From: Bacilli bacterium
GTDB taxonomy: Bacteria; Bacillota_I; Bacilli_A; RF39; UBA660
Length of the DNA stretch: 64,000 nt
NCBI GenBank assembly: GCA_045545595.1
Contig: JAZQBG010000004.1
Coordinates: forward strand, 17,361-81,360
Direction: 5' to 3'
Positions 36,266 to 46,707 of the stretch are shown in pieces (positions within the stretch are counted from its first letter, which is position 1; each line of letters opens with the position of its first letter). The notes under the pieces are model-generated. The model searched no databases, was not told the origin of the DNA, and was given only the letters and a program-made list of their open reading frames with translations. A program made the translations under genes and the position numbers.

Positions 36266-36342
36266 GGCGGTATTGGTGAAGGGGTTAACACGCTGGTTTG
36301 TGGCACCAGTATGCAAGGGTTCGAGTCCCTTATACCGCCCCA
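36266..36342 (+). tRNA. tRNA-His: tRNA-His (anticodon GTG) with encoded G-1 and CCA
   Basis: 7-bp acceptor stem GCGGTAT/ATACCGC plus a G-1:C73 pair. Anticodon stem CTGGT/ACCAG with loop TTGTGGC. T-arm GGGTTCGAGTCCC. 3' CCA is encoded. Confidence 0.9.
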
Positions 36343-36383
36343 TATTGAAATTTACGCACACCTTTGTGTGTTAAATAAGTAAA

Positions 36384-36416
36384 AGTTCGTAATACTTGGT
36401 ATTATGGACTTTTTTC
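36384..36416 (+). terminator. intrinsic terminator after tRNA-His
   Basis: 12-bp stem (two G-T pairs) AGTTCGTAATAC/GTATTATGGACT, 3-nt loop, T5 run. Confidence 0.7.
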
Positions 36417-36441
36417 TTTGCAAAGGTGGTGAATTTATAAA

Positions 36442-36732
36442 ATGAACGTGTCCATAGAAACTTTAGAATTTCCTTTGTGTATAAAAAATAAAATATTAAG
36501 GATTAAAGATATTACTAAACTTAACATAGAATATATATCAGGTAAAAACATAATATTTAAAAACACTAATTTAGGGTTATTTGAGCCACATAAAGTTATT
36601 ATTAGTAATAATTATAATGGCATAGTAATACTCTGTTATAATGAGGATACAATGCTTTATAGAGATGATTTAAATATTATTACAATAAATGAGTTGACTG
36701 ACATAATTAAGGTATTATTAGAAAAAAATTAA
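36442..36732 (+). CDS. hypothetical protein (96 aa)
   Basis: ORF after SD AAAGGTGG. No motif recognised. Confidence 0.4.
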   Translation: MNVSIETLEFPLCIKNKILRIKDITKLNIEYISGKNIIFKNTNLGLFEPHKVIISNNYNGIVILCYNEDTMLYRDDLNIITINELTDIIKVLLEKN

Positions 36733-36862
36733 AAAATTTTTAAAATTTATTTTCCCCTTTATTTATAAGGGTTTAACGACTATTTTGATATATTTTTTTC
36801 AAAAAGTGGCCATTGCGTGTCCTAAAAAAATGTGGTATTATGATAATATACGACAATTGTAG

Positions 36863-38149
<1,287 letters not shown>

Positions 38150-38215
38150 AAAATAACAGAAGAAAAAATAAAAGATTTAACCATAAAAGAAACAACAGAA
38201 GATCATAAAAGTGAT

Positions 38216-38695
38216 ATGAGAATTATTTATAACTTAAGACAATTAGAACAAATCAAAAAGAAATCTTATTATGTTAGAAAAAATCGTTTATGGGATATAT
38301 TACCTAAAGAACAAAAGCAAGAAATAGTATTTAAATACATTGATAATGTAAGTATTGAAATAGATAAAAAGAAAAATGTTTCAATTAAAAAGATAAATAT
38401 AAATAAGAAAGAAATAGAAAATATAGGATATATGTTTAGAGAAAATTGTTTTGATATTTTAATTAATTGTAATGATAAAAATATAATATTATCTAATTAT
38501 CAAACAAATGAAGATATGGAAAAATATATAAAATCATTAAGTGAATTTTATAAAATAAATCAAAGTAATTTAAATATTAAATCACTTAATCTAGAAGAAA
38601 TAAGTAAAGATAATAATTTATTACAGATAATTCCTAATAAAAAAGATAATAGATTTGATAAAGAAACTCTAACATTGTTATCAATTAATGCTTAA
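38216..38695 (+). CDS. C-terminal continuation of the serine recombinase (same frame, after the TGA at 38147-38149)
   Basis: The 66 nt between the TGA and this ATG are open in the same frame. The combined 578 codons match large serine recombinase size. Confidence 0.6.
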   Translation: MRIIYNLRQLEQIKKKSYYVRKNRLWDILPKEQKQEIVFKYIDNVSIEIDKKKNVSIKKININKKEIENIGYMFRENCFDILINCNDKNIILSNYQTNEDMEKYIKSLSEFYKINQSNLNIKSLNLEEISKDNNLLQIIPNKKDNRFDKETLTLLSINA

Positions 38696-38756
38696 AATAT
38701 GATAAAATTATATTGTTGAATCGTTTGTTATGTAAATTGAGAAAGGAGCAAATTTT

Positions 38757-39767
38757 ATGTTGGAAAAAAGCAATACTCAAATGATTAAAGAAATTAAAGA
38801 TGTAATTATTAGTAGTAGAAATAAAATAGCTTATGAAGTAAATAATACAATGCTATTAGCATACTGGAATGTTGGTAGAATTATTGTTGAAAATGAACAA
38901 AATGGAAATATAAAAGCTGAATATGGTAAACAAGTTTTAAAAGAACTTTCAAAAGAATTAAAAAAGGTTTTAGGTTCAGGTTTTTCAGTATCAAATCTTC
39001 AATATATGCGTAGATTTTATATTAAATATCCAAAACAACAGACACTGTCTGTTAAATTGAGTTGGTCTCATTATTGTGAGTTATTAAGTATTGAAAATGA
39101 TGATGAAAGATGTTTTTATGAAAAAGAATGTGTTAATTCAAATTGGAGTGTTAGAGAATTAAAAAGACAATTAGAAACATCATTATTTGAAAGATTATTG
39201 TTATCAGAAGGAAAAGATAATAAGAAAAAAGTTTATGAACTAGCAAAAGTTGGACAATCTTTAACTACTCCAAAAGATATTCTTAAAGAACCTTATGTTT
39301 TTGAATTCTTAGGTATTCCAGAAAATAAACCAATACTTGAAAAAGATTTAGAAAGAAAATTAGTTAAACACATGAGAGAATTTTTGCTTGAATTAGGTAA
39401 AGGATTTATGTTTGTTGGAACACAACAAAGAATAACATTAGGTAATATTCATTATTATGTTGATATGGTTTTTTATAATAAAATTTTAAAATGTTATGTA
39501 TTAATTGATTTAAAAATAGGACAAATGAAACCAGAATATGCTGGTCAAATGAATATGTATTTGAACTATTTTACAGAAGAAATTAATGATGAATCAGATA
39601 ATAAACCTATTGGAATTATCCTATGTAAAAGTAGAAAAGAAATTGCAATGGAATATGCTTTAGGTGGATTATCTAATAATGTATTTGCATCAACTTATAC
39701 TTATTATATACCTAAGAAAGATGTATTAATTAGTGAAGTTGAAAGGATTTTGAAAGAAGAAAATTAA
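38757..39767 (+). CDS. YhcG/DUF1016-family PD-(D/E)XK nuclease, paralogue 5 (intact)
   Basis: SD AAAGGAG. Motifs LSWSHY, NWSVRELKRQ, GKGFMFVGTQQ and D...LIDLK. Confidence 0.8.
   Translation: MLEKSNTQMIKEIKDVIISSRNKIAYEVNNTMLLAYWNVGRIIVENEQNGNIKAEYGKQVLKELSKELKKVLGSGFSVSNLQYMRRFYIKYPKQQTLSVKLSWSHYCELLSIENDDERCFYEKECVNSNWSVRELKRQLETSLFERLLLSEGKDNKKKVYELAKVGQSLTTPKDILKEPYVFEFLGIPENKPILEKDLERKLVKHMREFLLELGKGFMFVGTQQRITLGNIHYYVDMVFYNKILKCYVLIDLKIGQMKPEYAGQMNMYLNYFTEEINDESDNKPIGIILCKSRKEIAMEYALGGLSNNVFASTYTYYIPKKDVLISEVERILKEEN
39037..39053. repeat. intragenic hairpin in DUF1016 paralogue 5
   Basis: AACAGACA-c-TGTCTGTT, ending 9 nt before the Trp codon. Confidence 0.85.
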
Positions 39768-39796
39768 TCAAAATAAATTTATAGAACGGAGAATTT

Positions 39797-40339
39797 ATGA
39801 CTAATAAATTAGAATTTAAAAAAGTTGTAGAAAATAAAAACTTAGTAGCAATATCTACTTATAATTGTATTAAAAATATATTTTCTGAAGAAGATATGAA
39901 TGAAATTTTAGTAGCTGAAATAAATCCAGAATATATGGATGGTATTAAACTATGTAAGCATTATGATATTGATATTAAGACAGGAGCAAATTGTTTAATA
40001 TGTGAATGTAAAAGAGGAGAAAATAAAAGTTATGCAGCTTTATTAGTGCCTACTGGATATAAATACAATATGTCATCAACGGTAAGGAAATATACTAATT
40101 CCAGAATGGTATCTGTAGCACCCTTAGATTATGTACTTGAAAAAACAAAAATGGAATATGGTAGTATAAATCCAATTGGATTACCAGAAGACTGGAAACT
40201 ATTTATTGATCCAAAAGTATTAGAAGTAGAAAGAATTATTTGTGGAAGTGGTTTACAAAATTCAAAACTATCTCTGCCAAGTAAATTCTTATTAAAACTA
40301 AACAATGCTGAAATTTTAGAAAATTTAGCTAAGGAATAA
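39797..40339 (+). CDS. YbaK/ProX-like aminoacyl-tRNA deacylase-domain protein
   Basis: SD GGAGAA. The pattern ...CLICECKRGENKSYAALLVPTGYKYNM...ICGSG resembles the YbaK/EbsC editing domain. Confidence 0.45.
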   Translation: MTNKLEFKKVVENKNLVAISTYNCIKNIFSEEDMNEILVAEINPEYMDGIKLCKHYDIDIKTGANCLICECKRGENKSYAALLVPTGYKYNMSSTVRKYTNSRMVSVAPLDYVLEKTKMEYGSINPIGLPEDWKLFIDPKVLEVERIICGSGLQNSKLSLPSKFLLKLNNAEILENLAKE

Positions 40340-40363
40340 TTATATTGTAAAGGAAGTGTTATT

Positions 40364-40813
40364 ATGTGCAATCTAGTAATTGAAAAATTAAAAAAAGAAG
40401 ATTTAAAAGAAGCAATTTTTATTTATGATAGTAATCATAATCTAACTACTAATTATAATAAACTTGTAAAAGAATATGATAAAATTTATAATAATCCTGA
40501 CTATTACAATATTGTTGCTAAATTAGATAATAAAATTGTTGGACTGGCTACAGTGGTTGTTAATCACGATATAGTTGAAGAATTAAAGCCTTTTTTAACT
40601 GTATGGAATTTTGGCGTTCATAAAGATTATAGACGAAAGAAAATTGGTACATCAATGTTAAATCATATATATGAATATGCAAAAAAATTAGATTGCGAAT
40701 TTATTTCGTTAATCGCAGAAACTGATAATATTGTTGGTCAGCAATTCTATGAAAGTTTAGGATATATTAAAGAAATTGGATTTATTAAATTAATAAATAA
40801 GGAAAAATGGTAA
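40364..40813 (+). CDS. GNAT-family N-acetyltransferase
   Basis: Motif A region VHKDYRRKKIGTSMLNHIYEYAKK and a C-terminal FYESLGY. Confidence 0.8.
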   Translation: MCNLVIEKLKKEDLKEAIFIYDSNHNLTTNYNKLVKEYDKIYNNPDYYNIVAKLDNKIVGLATVVVNHDIVEELKPFLTVWNFGVHKDYRRKKIGTSMLNHIYEYAKKLDCEFISLIAETDNIVGQQFYESLGYIKEIGFIKLINKEKW

Positions 40814-40825
40814 AAAACAATTTTT

Positions 40826-40848
40826 GAACGAGAAATCGTTCTTTTTTT
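40826..40848 (+). terminator. intrinsic terminator after the GNAT gene
   Basis: Stem GAACGA/TCGTTC with a 4-nt loop and a T7 run. Confidence 0.7.
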
Positions 40849-41076
40849 GTGCCTAAATTTAGAAAGGAGGTGAATTTTATTAATTATTTCTTTGAAGTAG
40901 TTGTGCCACAATTGTTAGAGTATTTTAAAGAAAATGCAAAGGATATACCTTATTATTTGCTTTCTGAAGTATTAATTAATAATAAGAACTATGAAAAAGA
41001 AGTGAAAGAAATGATTGAAAAATCTAATGAAGTTAGTAAAAAATATATAGAAAAAAATAAAACTGTCCGAGACTAA
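40849..41076 (+). CDS. hypothetical protein (up to 75 aa; start uncertain)
   Basis: The ORF overlaps an internal AAAGGAGG. The true start may be downstream. No motif recognised. Confidence 0.3.
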   Translation: MPKFRKEVNFINYFFEVVVPQLLEYFKENAKDIPYYLLSEVLINNKNYEKEVKEMIEKSNEVSKKYIEKNKTVRD

Positions 41077-41195
41077 TTATTAGGGTTTTAGGGAGTATTC
41101 CCTAACAAGTGGACGGGTGTGTATACACCATGCTTGATAGATAAAATTTCTATATTACGTTACCCGTCCCTTTATTTTTTGAAAGGAGATATTTT

Positions 41196-41735
41196 ATGAA
41201 TGAAAAATTGATAGATAGAAAACAAGTTCAAGAGATGTTTTCATTAACTACAAAACAATTTGGTAGAGTTCTGAGAAATATAGAAAGAAGACATCCTTTA
41301 GAATCTTGGATTAAAAGAATAAAAGAAAATAATAAAGAAAAAATATATATAAAACAAGAATGTGTTGAATGGTTAAAAGAAGTTTATTTTAATAAAGAGG
41401 AACACTATTTAACTTTAGAAATACAATTCTATAAAAAAAGAATATTTGCTTTAGAACATGAATTAGGAATAATCCCTCAACCTAAGAAATATCGAAATAC
41501 TTTATTAAGATTTTTAGATTTAGAATTTAATAAAAGTAGAAATGTAATACAAGTAGCAGTTCATAGAATGCAAAAATAATTTTCTTATCCAATTAAGTAT
41601 GAAAAAGCAGGTATGATTTTTGTAAAAGCAGAAGGAGTTAAATGGTTGCATGAAAATTATTTTAGAAGAGATTACTTAAAAGAATTAGAAGAATATAAAT
41701 GGATGTTAAATATAGAAAAACAAAGAAAATGTTAG
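41196..41735 (+). pseudogene. hypothetical DNA-binding-like protein with an internal duplicated motif, interrupted by an in-frame TAA
   Basis: TAA at 41577-41579, then the same frame stays open to TAG 41733-41735. The motif I(Y/F)(I/V)K.E.V.WL.E.YF occurs on both sides of the stop. Confidence 0.5.
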
Positions 41736-41840
41736 TAATTTGTAGAAATATTTGTTATAATAAATTTAGATTTAAAGGGCTAGTACAGACTTTGAGTTAG
41801 TTTTGTATTACCCTTTTTTTGAAGTTGGAGGTTTAGGTTT

Positions 41841-43034
41841 ATGGAAGAAAATAAAATGATATTATCACAAAGAATTGTAGATAATGATAATACTAAAGAA
41901 AACGATTTATTCAAAGAATATATTATTAATGTTGAAAATTATTCAAAAACACATATTTTTTCAAATATAGAAAAAGGAATTATATCTACAACATTTAAAG
42001 AATACTTATATAATGTATTTGATGTATCAAATCAATTAGAATTAATAAAAAAAATTAATGGGGAATGGAAATTAATATTAGAAGATGGTATAGATGATTT
42101 TATTTTAGATGAAACTCAAAAAGTTGTGACAATATATTATGGGGATTACAAAATCTTTTATTACGACAAAATGAAAACAAAAAATTCTGCAAACGCCATT
42201 AAAATGTTGTTTAATGATGATAAGGTACCACCTACAAGCCAAATTGCTGATGTCATTGAAAAAATAGCCGATAGATCAGATGCATTAAGTTTTACTATTA
42301 ATGAAAAAAATATTATAGCAAAAAGTATTCCTACAATCTTGATGGATAATAACATTAAATTAGATAAAGATGATATCTTTGATATAAACAAAGTTTCAAT
42401 TCGAGAAGTTATAGAAATTGGGAGAAAAATATTAAAGAATGATAGAACAGTATTGAAGATATTTGGAACAAAAGAAGTTCACAAAGAAGAAACTTGGCAA
42501 CAATATTTTGAAAGATATGGTAATTATTTGTTATTTGGAAATGTACGTTTAGATCCTAAGGTATGTTTAAATAAAGAAAAAACTAAGGAATTGAACGATA
42601 AATACCCAGATATTATTACATGTAATAGATTTGGATTTTTAGATATTATAGAATTAAAAAGATCAGATATGTTTCTGTTTAAATTTGATAATTCTCATAA
42701 TAAATTAGTTCCAACATCGACACTAAGTTCTGCTTTATCGCAATTAAATGGATATTTACAAATTATTCCTTATGCATATGAGACTCAAAAAGCTAAAGAC
42801 CAAGGTTTAGAATGTGCTTCTGGCATGTTATTAATTGGAGATAATGATCATTTAGTTAAAGAAAATGATACTTTAAAAAAATATATGCAAGATAATAATT
42901 TAACTATAGAAAATATAAAGTATGAAGCACAAAAAGAATTAAGAAAATTAAATTATAGTTATAGTCATATGCAAGTTGTTTTATATGATGAATTAATAAA
43001 TACTCTTGAAACATTTATTAATAATATAAATTAA
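41841..43034 (+). CDS. Shedu-like (DUF4263) PD-(D/E)XK nuclease defence candidate
   Basis: C-terminal core YPDIITCNRFGFLDIIELKRSD...LSSALSQLNGY matches the D...ExK...Q..Y layout recalled for SduA/DUF4263. The N-terminal domain is unassigned. Confidence 0.45.
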   Translation: MEENKMILSQRIVDNDNTKENDLFKEYIINVENYSKTHIFSNIEKGIISTTFKEYLYNVFDVSNQLELIKKINGEWKLILEDGIDDFILDETQKVVTIYYGDYKIFYYDKMKTKNSANAIKMLFNDDKVPPTSQIADVIEKIADRSDALSFTINEKNIIAKSIPTILMDNNIKLDKDDIFDINKVSIREVIEIGRKILKNDRTVLKIFGTKEVHKEETWQQYFERYGNYLLFGNVRLDPKVCLNKEKTKELNDKYPDIITCNRFGFLDIIELKRSDMFLFKFDNSHNKLVPTSTLSSALSQLNGYLQIIPYAYETQKAKDQGLECASGMLLIGDNDHLVKENDTLKKYMQDNNLTIENIKYEAQKELRKLNYSYSHMQVVLYDELINTLETFINNIN

Positions 43035-43102
43035 ATTAATAAAATTGATAAAAAATATAAATTAATATATAATATAATTCACAGAAGGGAGATTTAAAAA
43101 AT

Positions 43103-43624
43103 ATGAATAATTTATATGTAGTATTAAAACTAGATGATGTTGCAACTGAAATTCGTAAAATTTTAGAAATTCCAGATGATTTTATTGTTAATCATAATTT
43201 TAAAGAAGAACTAATTAAAAGAATACCGCAAAAATTTGAATCATTTAAAATTGAAGCTGACTATGGTATGAGTTTTACTTTAACAAATGGAAAAGATATT
43301 TTTATAACATATGATAAAAATGAAATGAAAAAAGGTGAAGTTTTTGAATATGTTACTCGTGCATTTTTATACGGCATATTATTAGATAAAAAGGAATTAA
43401 ATTACTATCAATTACAAGAATACCATGTTCCTGATTATACTATTTTAAATGATGAATATGTTGACTGTCTTTTTAAAGCGTTTTTATTGCCTCGTAAACA
43501 ATTTTATAAAGAAATGGTGAAATATACAACAGGTGATGGATCTAGATGTGATGTAGAAACAATGTCAAAAAAATTGGAAAACAAGCATGTTATTTCTAGA
43601 GGTCGTGATTTAAAATTATGGTAA
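43103..43624 (+). CDS. hypothetical protein (173 aa)
   Basis: SD AAGGGAG. No motif recognised, and no HExxH. Confidence 0.4.
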   Translation: MNNLYVVLKLDDVATEIRKILEIPDDFIVNHNFKEELIKRIPQKFESFKIEADYGMSFTLTNGKDIFITYDKNEMKKGEVFEYVTRAFLYGILLDKKELNYYQLQEYHVPDYTILNDEYVDCLFKAFLLPRKQFYKEMVKYTTGDGSRCDVETMSKKLENKHVISRGRDLKLW

Positions 43625-43667
43625 TATAAAGATTGATTTATACATTACCATTTGCTATAATCAATTT

Positions 43668-43765
43668 ATCAAGTATTAAAACTTTTGCGCGATTTGGGTG
43701 CAAAACTCGTTTGTTTATTGCCCCATTTGAGTATTTGGTGAAGCTGAAATAAGCTTCACTTTTTC
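43668..43765 (+). ncRNA. candidate small RNA, copy A (promoter-hairpin-C-rich motif-terminator unit)
   Basis: Promoter TTGATT-17 bp-TATAAT (43633-43661). Hairpin TTTTGCGC/GGTGCAAAA. GCCCCA motif. Terminator GTGAAGCT/AGCTTCAC plus T5. Homologous unit at 46170-46299. Confidence 0.45.
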
Positions 43766-43864
43766 TTTGGCATAAAAAAGTCAAAAAAAGGTCAAATTTG
43801 GTCAAAAAATAAGTACAGTAAATTTCGTAAACTTAGGTTGTAAAGGGTTTTTCTAGTGTTTAAT

Positions 43865-43893
43865 TTGAATTAATGAAGACTATTTGTTATAAT
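43865..43893 (+). promoter_or_regulatory. promoter of the LRR gene
   Basis: TTGAAT-17 bp-TATAAT. SD GGAGAGG before ATG 43929. Confidence 0.6.
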
Positions 43894-43928
43894 AACAATA
43901 CTTTTTTAATGGATGGAGAGGATACTAT

Positions 43929-46109
43929 ATGAATGATTTGAAATTAATAAAGAAATATTATGGCGAAAATTTCATGCATTTATGTAGAGAATTATTTCCA
44001 ACTATTTTAGAAAAAGAAGGTTTGCTTTTTTATTTAATCAAAAATAAATTTCATTATAATAAATATCTTTATGATGATATAATTGAACAAGATAAAGTAA
44101 ACGATTTTAAAGACTATATTTATAGTTTAACTAATATAAAAGTCAAAAAAGAAATCAAAGTTGATAAAAATCCATTTGAATTATTAGATGATGCAGGATA
44201 TATTTTATATGAATGTAAAACAGAGAGAGACATACAAAAATTCAAAAAATATTATAAAAAAGATGAAGAATTATGTACATTTAGAGATAATAGATTGGAA
44301 ACAAATTATGTGTTTTTTGCAATAAAGAAAAATGTAGATGAAATTAAAAGAGAAGATTTTTTCTCTCCTAAAAGAGAAGATGAATATGGTACATCAGTAA
44401 TAAGCATTCAGTTTTCTAAGAATGCAAATAACACATTAAGTATTAAAAATAGATATAATCATACTGTAAAAAACCCAGATGCAACTTTTTCTAACAATTT
44501 AGATAATATTATTCCAGGGCTTACTAATAGTTTTAAAAAGTACTATAATTTTAATATTTCAGAAAACTATGAACAAGATTTTGAACTAGAAAATTATGTT
44601 AAAGCAATAGATGGTGAATTATATAAATACAATTATGAAATTAACAATGTTTATTATTGTCCAAATAATATAGTAATTAATGAGTTTGCAGTAATGCCAG
44701 AATTCCTTAATAAAGAGAAATATCTAATTTTTGATTATTTTATATTAGATTTAGAAAATAAAATAATAAGACCAACTACTAAATCAGTAAACGATTCGTT
44801 TTATAAAGATTTTTGTTTTATAAAAAAAATAGAAATAATAAACAATAAAGAAACCAAAGGTAAAACTATAAAAATATTATTTGATGCAGATAAAAAAGCA
44901 ATAATTGAACTCGATAAAGAAAATAGGATGATAAAATATTATAATGAAAAAGTTATTACAATAGATAACTGCTATTTGAAAAATAATATGTTTTTAAAAG
45001 AATTAAATTTACCAAATGTTTTAATAATAGGAAATTCTTTTCTTGCTGATAATAATATTCTATATAAAATAAATTTACCAAAGGTAACAAAAATTGGGAA
45101 TGAATTTTTAAAGTGGAATAGAGGATTAGAAGAGATTAGTTTACCAAGTTTAAAAAGTTGTGGTGACGAATTTTTGAAAATAAATCATAGTATAAGTAAA
45201 ATAGAATTAGAAAATATTGAAAAAATAGGATATCATTTTCTATATCATAATTTGAATTTACATAAAATTATTCTTCCAAAAGTAAAAATAATTGCAGGCA
45301 GTTTTTTAGCAGAAAACAGAAACTTAAATGAAATAATAATGCCTGAAGTAGTAGAGATAGATGAACATTTTTTATTAAAAAATATAAGATTAAAAGAATT
45401 AAAGTTGCCAAAAGTAAAAAAAGTTGGTAATAACTTTTTAAAAGAAAATGAAACATTAGAAAAAATTAATTTACCTGAAATAGAAATTATTATGAGCAAT
45501 TTTTTATATTCAAATGATTCGTTAGAAAAAGTGAACTTCCCGCATTTGAAAGAGATAGGTAATTGGTTCCTATTTAGTAATGAAAAAATAGATGTAATTT
45601 CGTTTCCAAATGTAAAAGAAATAGGTGTAAAATTTTTAGCATCAAATGAAACATTAAATAAAATTGAATTGCCAAAAGTAGAAAAAATAGGATATTCATT
45701 TTTGGAAAGAAATTTATATTTGCAAGAGATTAATTTCCCAGAAGTTATTAGTATAGGTGCTCATTTTTTATATGATAATGTAGGTTTAAAAACTTTTTCT
45801 GCAGATAAATTAAAAGCAGTTGATGATTGGTTTTTGCCTTCAAATAATGCATTAAAAGAATTAAATTTGCCTAGGTTGAAAATTATTTGTAATTATTTTT
45901 TAGATCAAAATAATGTTTTATTAAAGTTTAATGCACCAGAATTAAATGAAATAGGAGATAATTTTTTATACTATAATGAGACTTTAAATGAATTTTATGC
46001 ACCTAAATTAGATAGAATAGGTGGAAATTATTTAGCATATAATAATTTCTTAAAAGAACCAGAATTTAAACCTAAAACCTTAAAATTAAAAAATAGTAAT
46101 ACTAATTAA
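43929..46109 (+). CDS. cytoplasmic leucine-rich-repeat protein (BspA-type 23-residue LRRs) with an unassigned 330-aa N-terminal domain
   Basis: No signal peptide. About 16 tandem units of the form L..I.LP.V..IG..FL..N. Confidence 0.7.
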   Translation: MNDLKLIKKYYGENFMHLCRELFPTILEKEGLLFYLIKNKFHYNKYLYDDIIEQDKVNDFKDYIYSLTNIKVKKEIKVDKNPFELLDDAGYILYECKTERDIQKFKKYYKKDEELCTFRDNRLETNYVFFAIKKNVDEIKREDFFSPKREDEYGTSVISIQFSKNANNTLSIKNRYNHTVKNPDATFSNNLDNIIPGLTNSFKKYYNFNISENYEQDFELENYVKAIDGELYKYNYEINNVYYCPNNIVINEFAVMPEFLNKEKYLIFDYFILDLENKIIRPTTKSVNDSFYKDFCFIKKIEIINNKETKGKTIKILFDADKKAIIELDKENRMIKYYNEKVITIDNCYLKNNMFLKELNLPNVLIIGNSFLADNNILYKINLPKVTKIGNEFLKWNRGLEEISLPSLKSCGDEFLKINHSISKIELENIEKIGYHFLYHNLNLHKIILPKVKIIAGSFLAENRNLNEIIMPEVVEIDEHFLLKNIRLKELKLPKVKKVGNNFLKENETLEKINLPEIEIIMSNFLYSNDSLEKVNFPHLKEIGNWFLFSNEKIDVISFPNVKEIGVKFLASNETLNKIELPKVEKIGYSFLERNLYLQEINFPEVISIGAHFLYDNVGLKTFSADKLKAVDDWFLPSNNALKELNLPRLKIICNYFLDQNNVLLKFNAPELNEIGDNFLYYNETLNEFYAPKLDRIGGNYLAYNNFLKEPEFKPKTLKLKNSNTN

Positions 46110-46204
46110 AACTATAAATATGTTGTTTTTATAGGTCTAGATTTAAGTTTATAATATATGATATAAATATTGATTTATAAATTATCATTTGTTATAATCA
46201 ATTT

Positions 46205-46299
46205 ACCAAGTATTAAAACTTTTTGCACAATTTGTGTGCAAAACTTATGAATTTATTGCCCCATATATGTATAATTAGAGCACATTGTGCTCTTTTTTT
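46205..46299 (+). ncRNA. candidate small RNA, copy B
   Basis: Promoter TTGATT-17 bp-TATAAT (46170-46198). Hairpin TTTTGCACA/TGTGCAAAA. GCCCCA motif. Terminator AGAGCAC/GTGCTCT plus T7. Confidence 0.45.
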
Positions 46300-46707
46300 C
46301 ATAAATGAAATGTTAAAGATCAATTTTTGAATCATTAATTTAACGTATTTTTCTAATGACATTTAAATTTGAAAACCATTTTATTTGAATAGAATCTCTG
46401 TGGGACTAGAATTTTTTTGAGAAAGTTATCAATAACAATAAAGTGAAAATATTATGTTTTATTTTAAAACACTTAAATTTTTTATTTTTTGATCATTGCA
46501 ATTAACTTTAAAAAGTTAGTTTTTTTATTATGGAATTTTTTAAATTTTACATATTTTCAATATTTGAGCTATTTTGAATACAGAAATGTAAAATTGTTAT
46601 TACAGATTTTTTAATTTTGAATTGCAGAATACTCAAATATATAAGATTATCAATTTGAATTATTTATCTGATAAATTTATAATTCAATCATAAAGGAGAT
46701 GATTTGG

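Noticed and set aside
44960-46070. DNA-level tandem repeat or VNTR in the LRR gene
   Set aside because: The periodicity (69 nt) is at the protein-repeat level, with substantial nucleotide divergence between units. No identical DNA units were seen.
46110-46698. Hidden gene or RNA in the 590-bp AT-rich spacer before KilA-N no. 2
   Set aside because: Apart from sRNA-like copy B at its 5' end, I found only short low-complexity inverted repeats (for example TGTAA...TTACA). There is no ORF with an SD and no conserved structure I could support.
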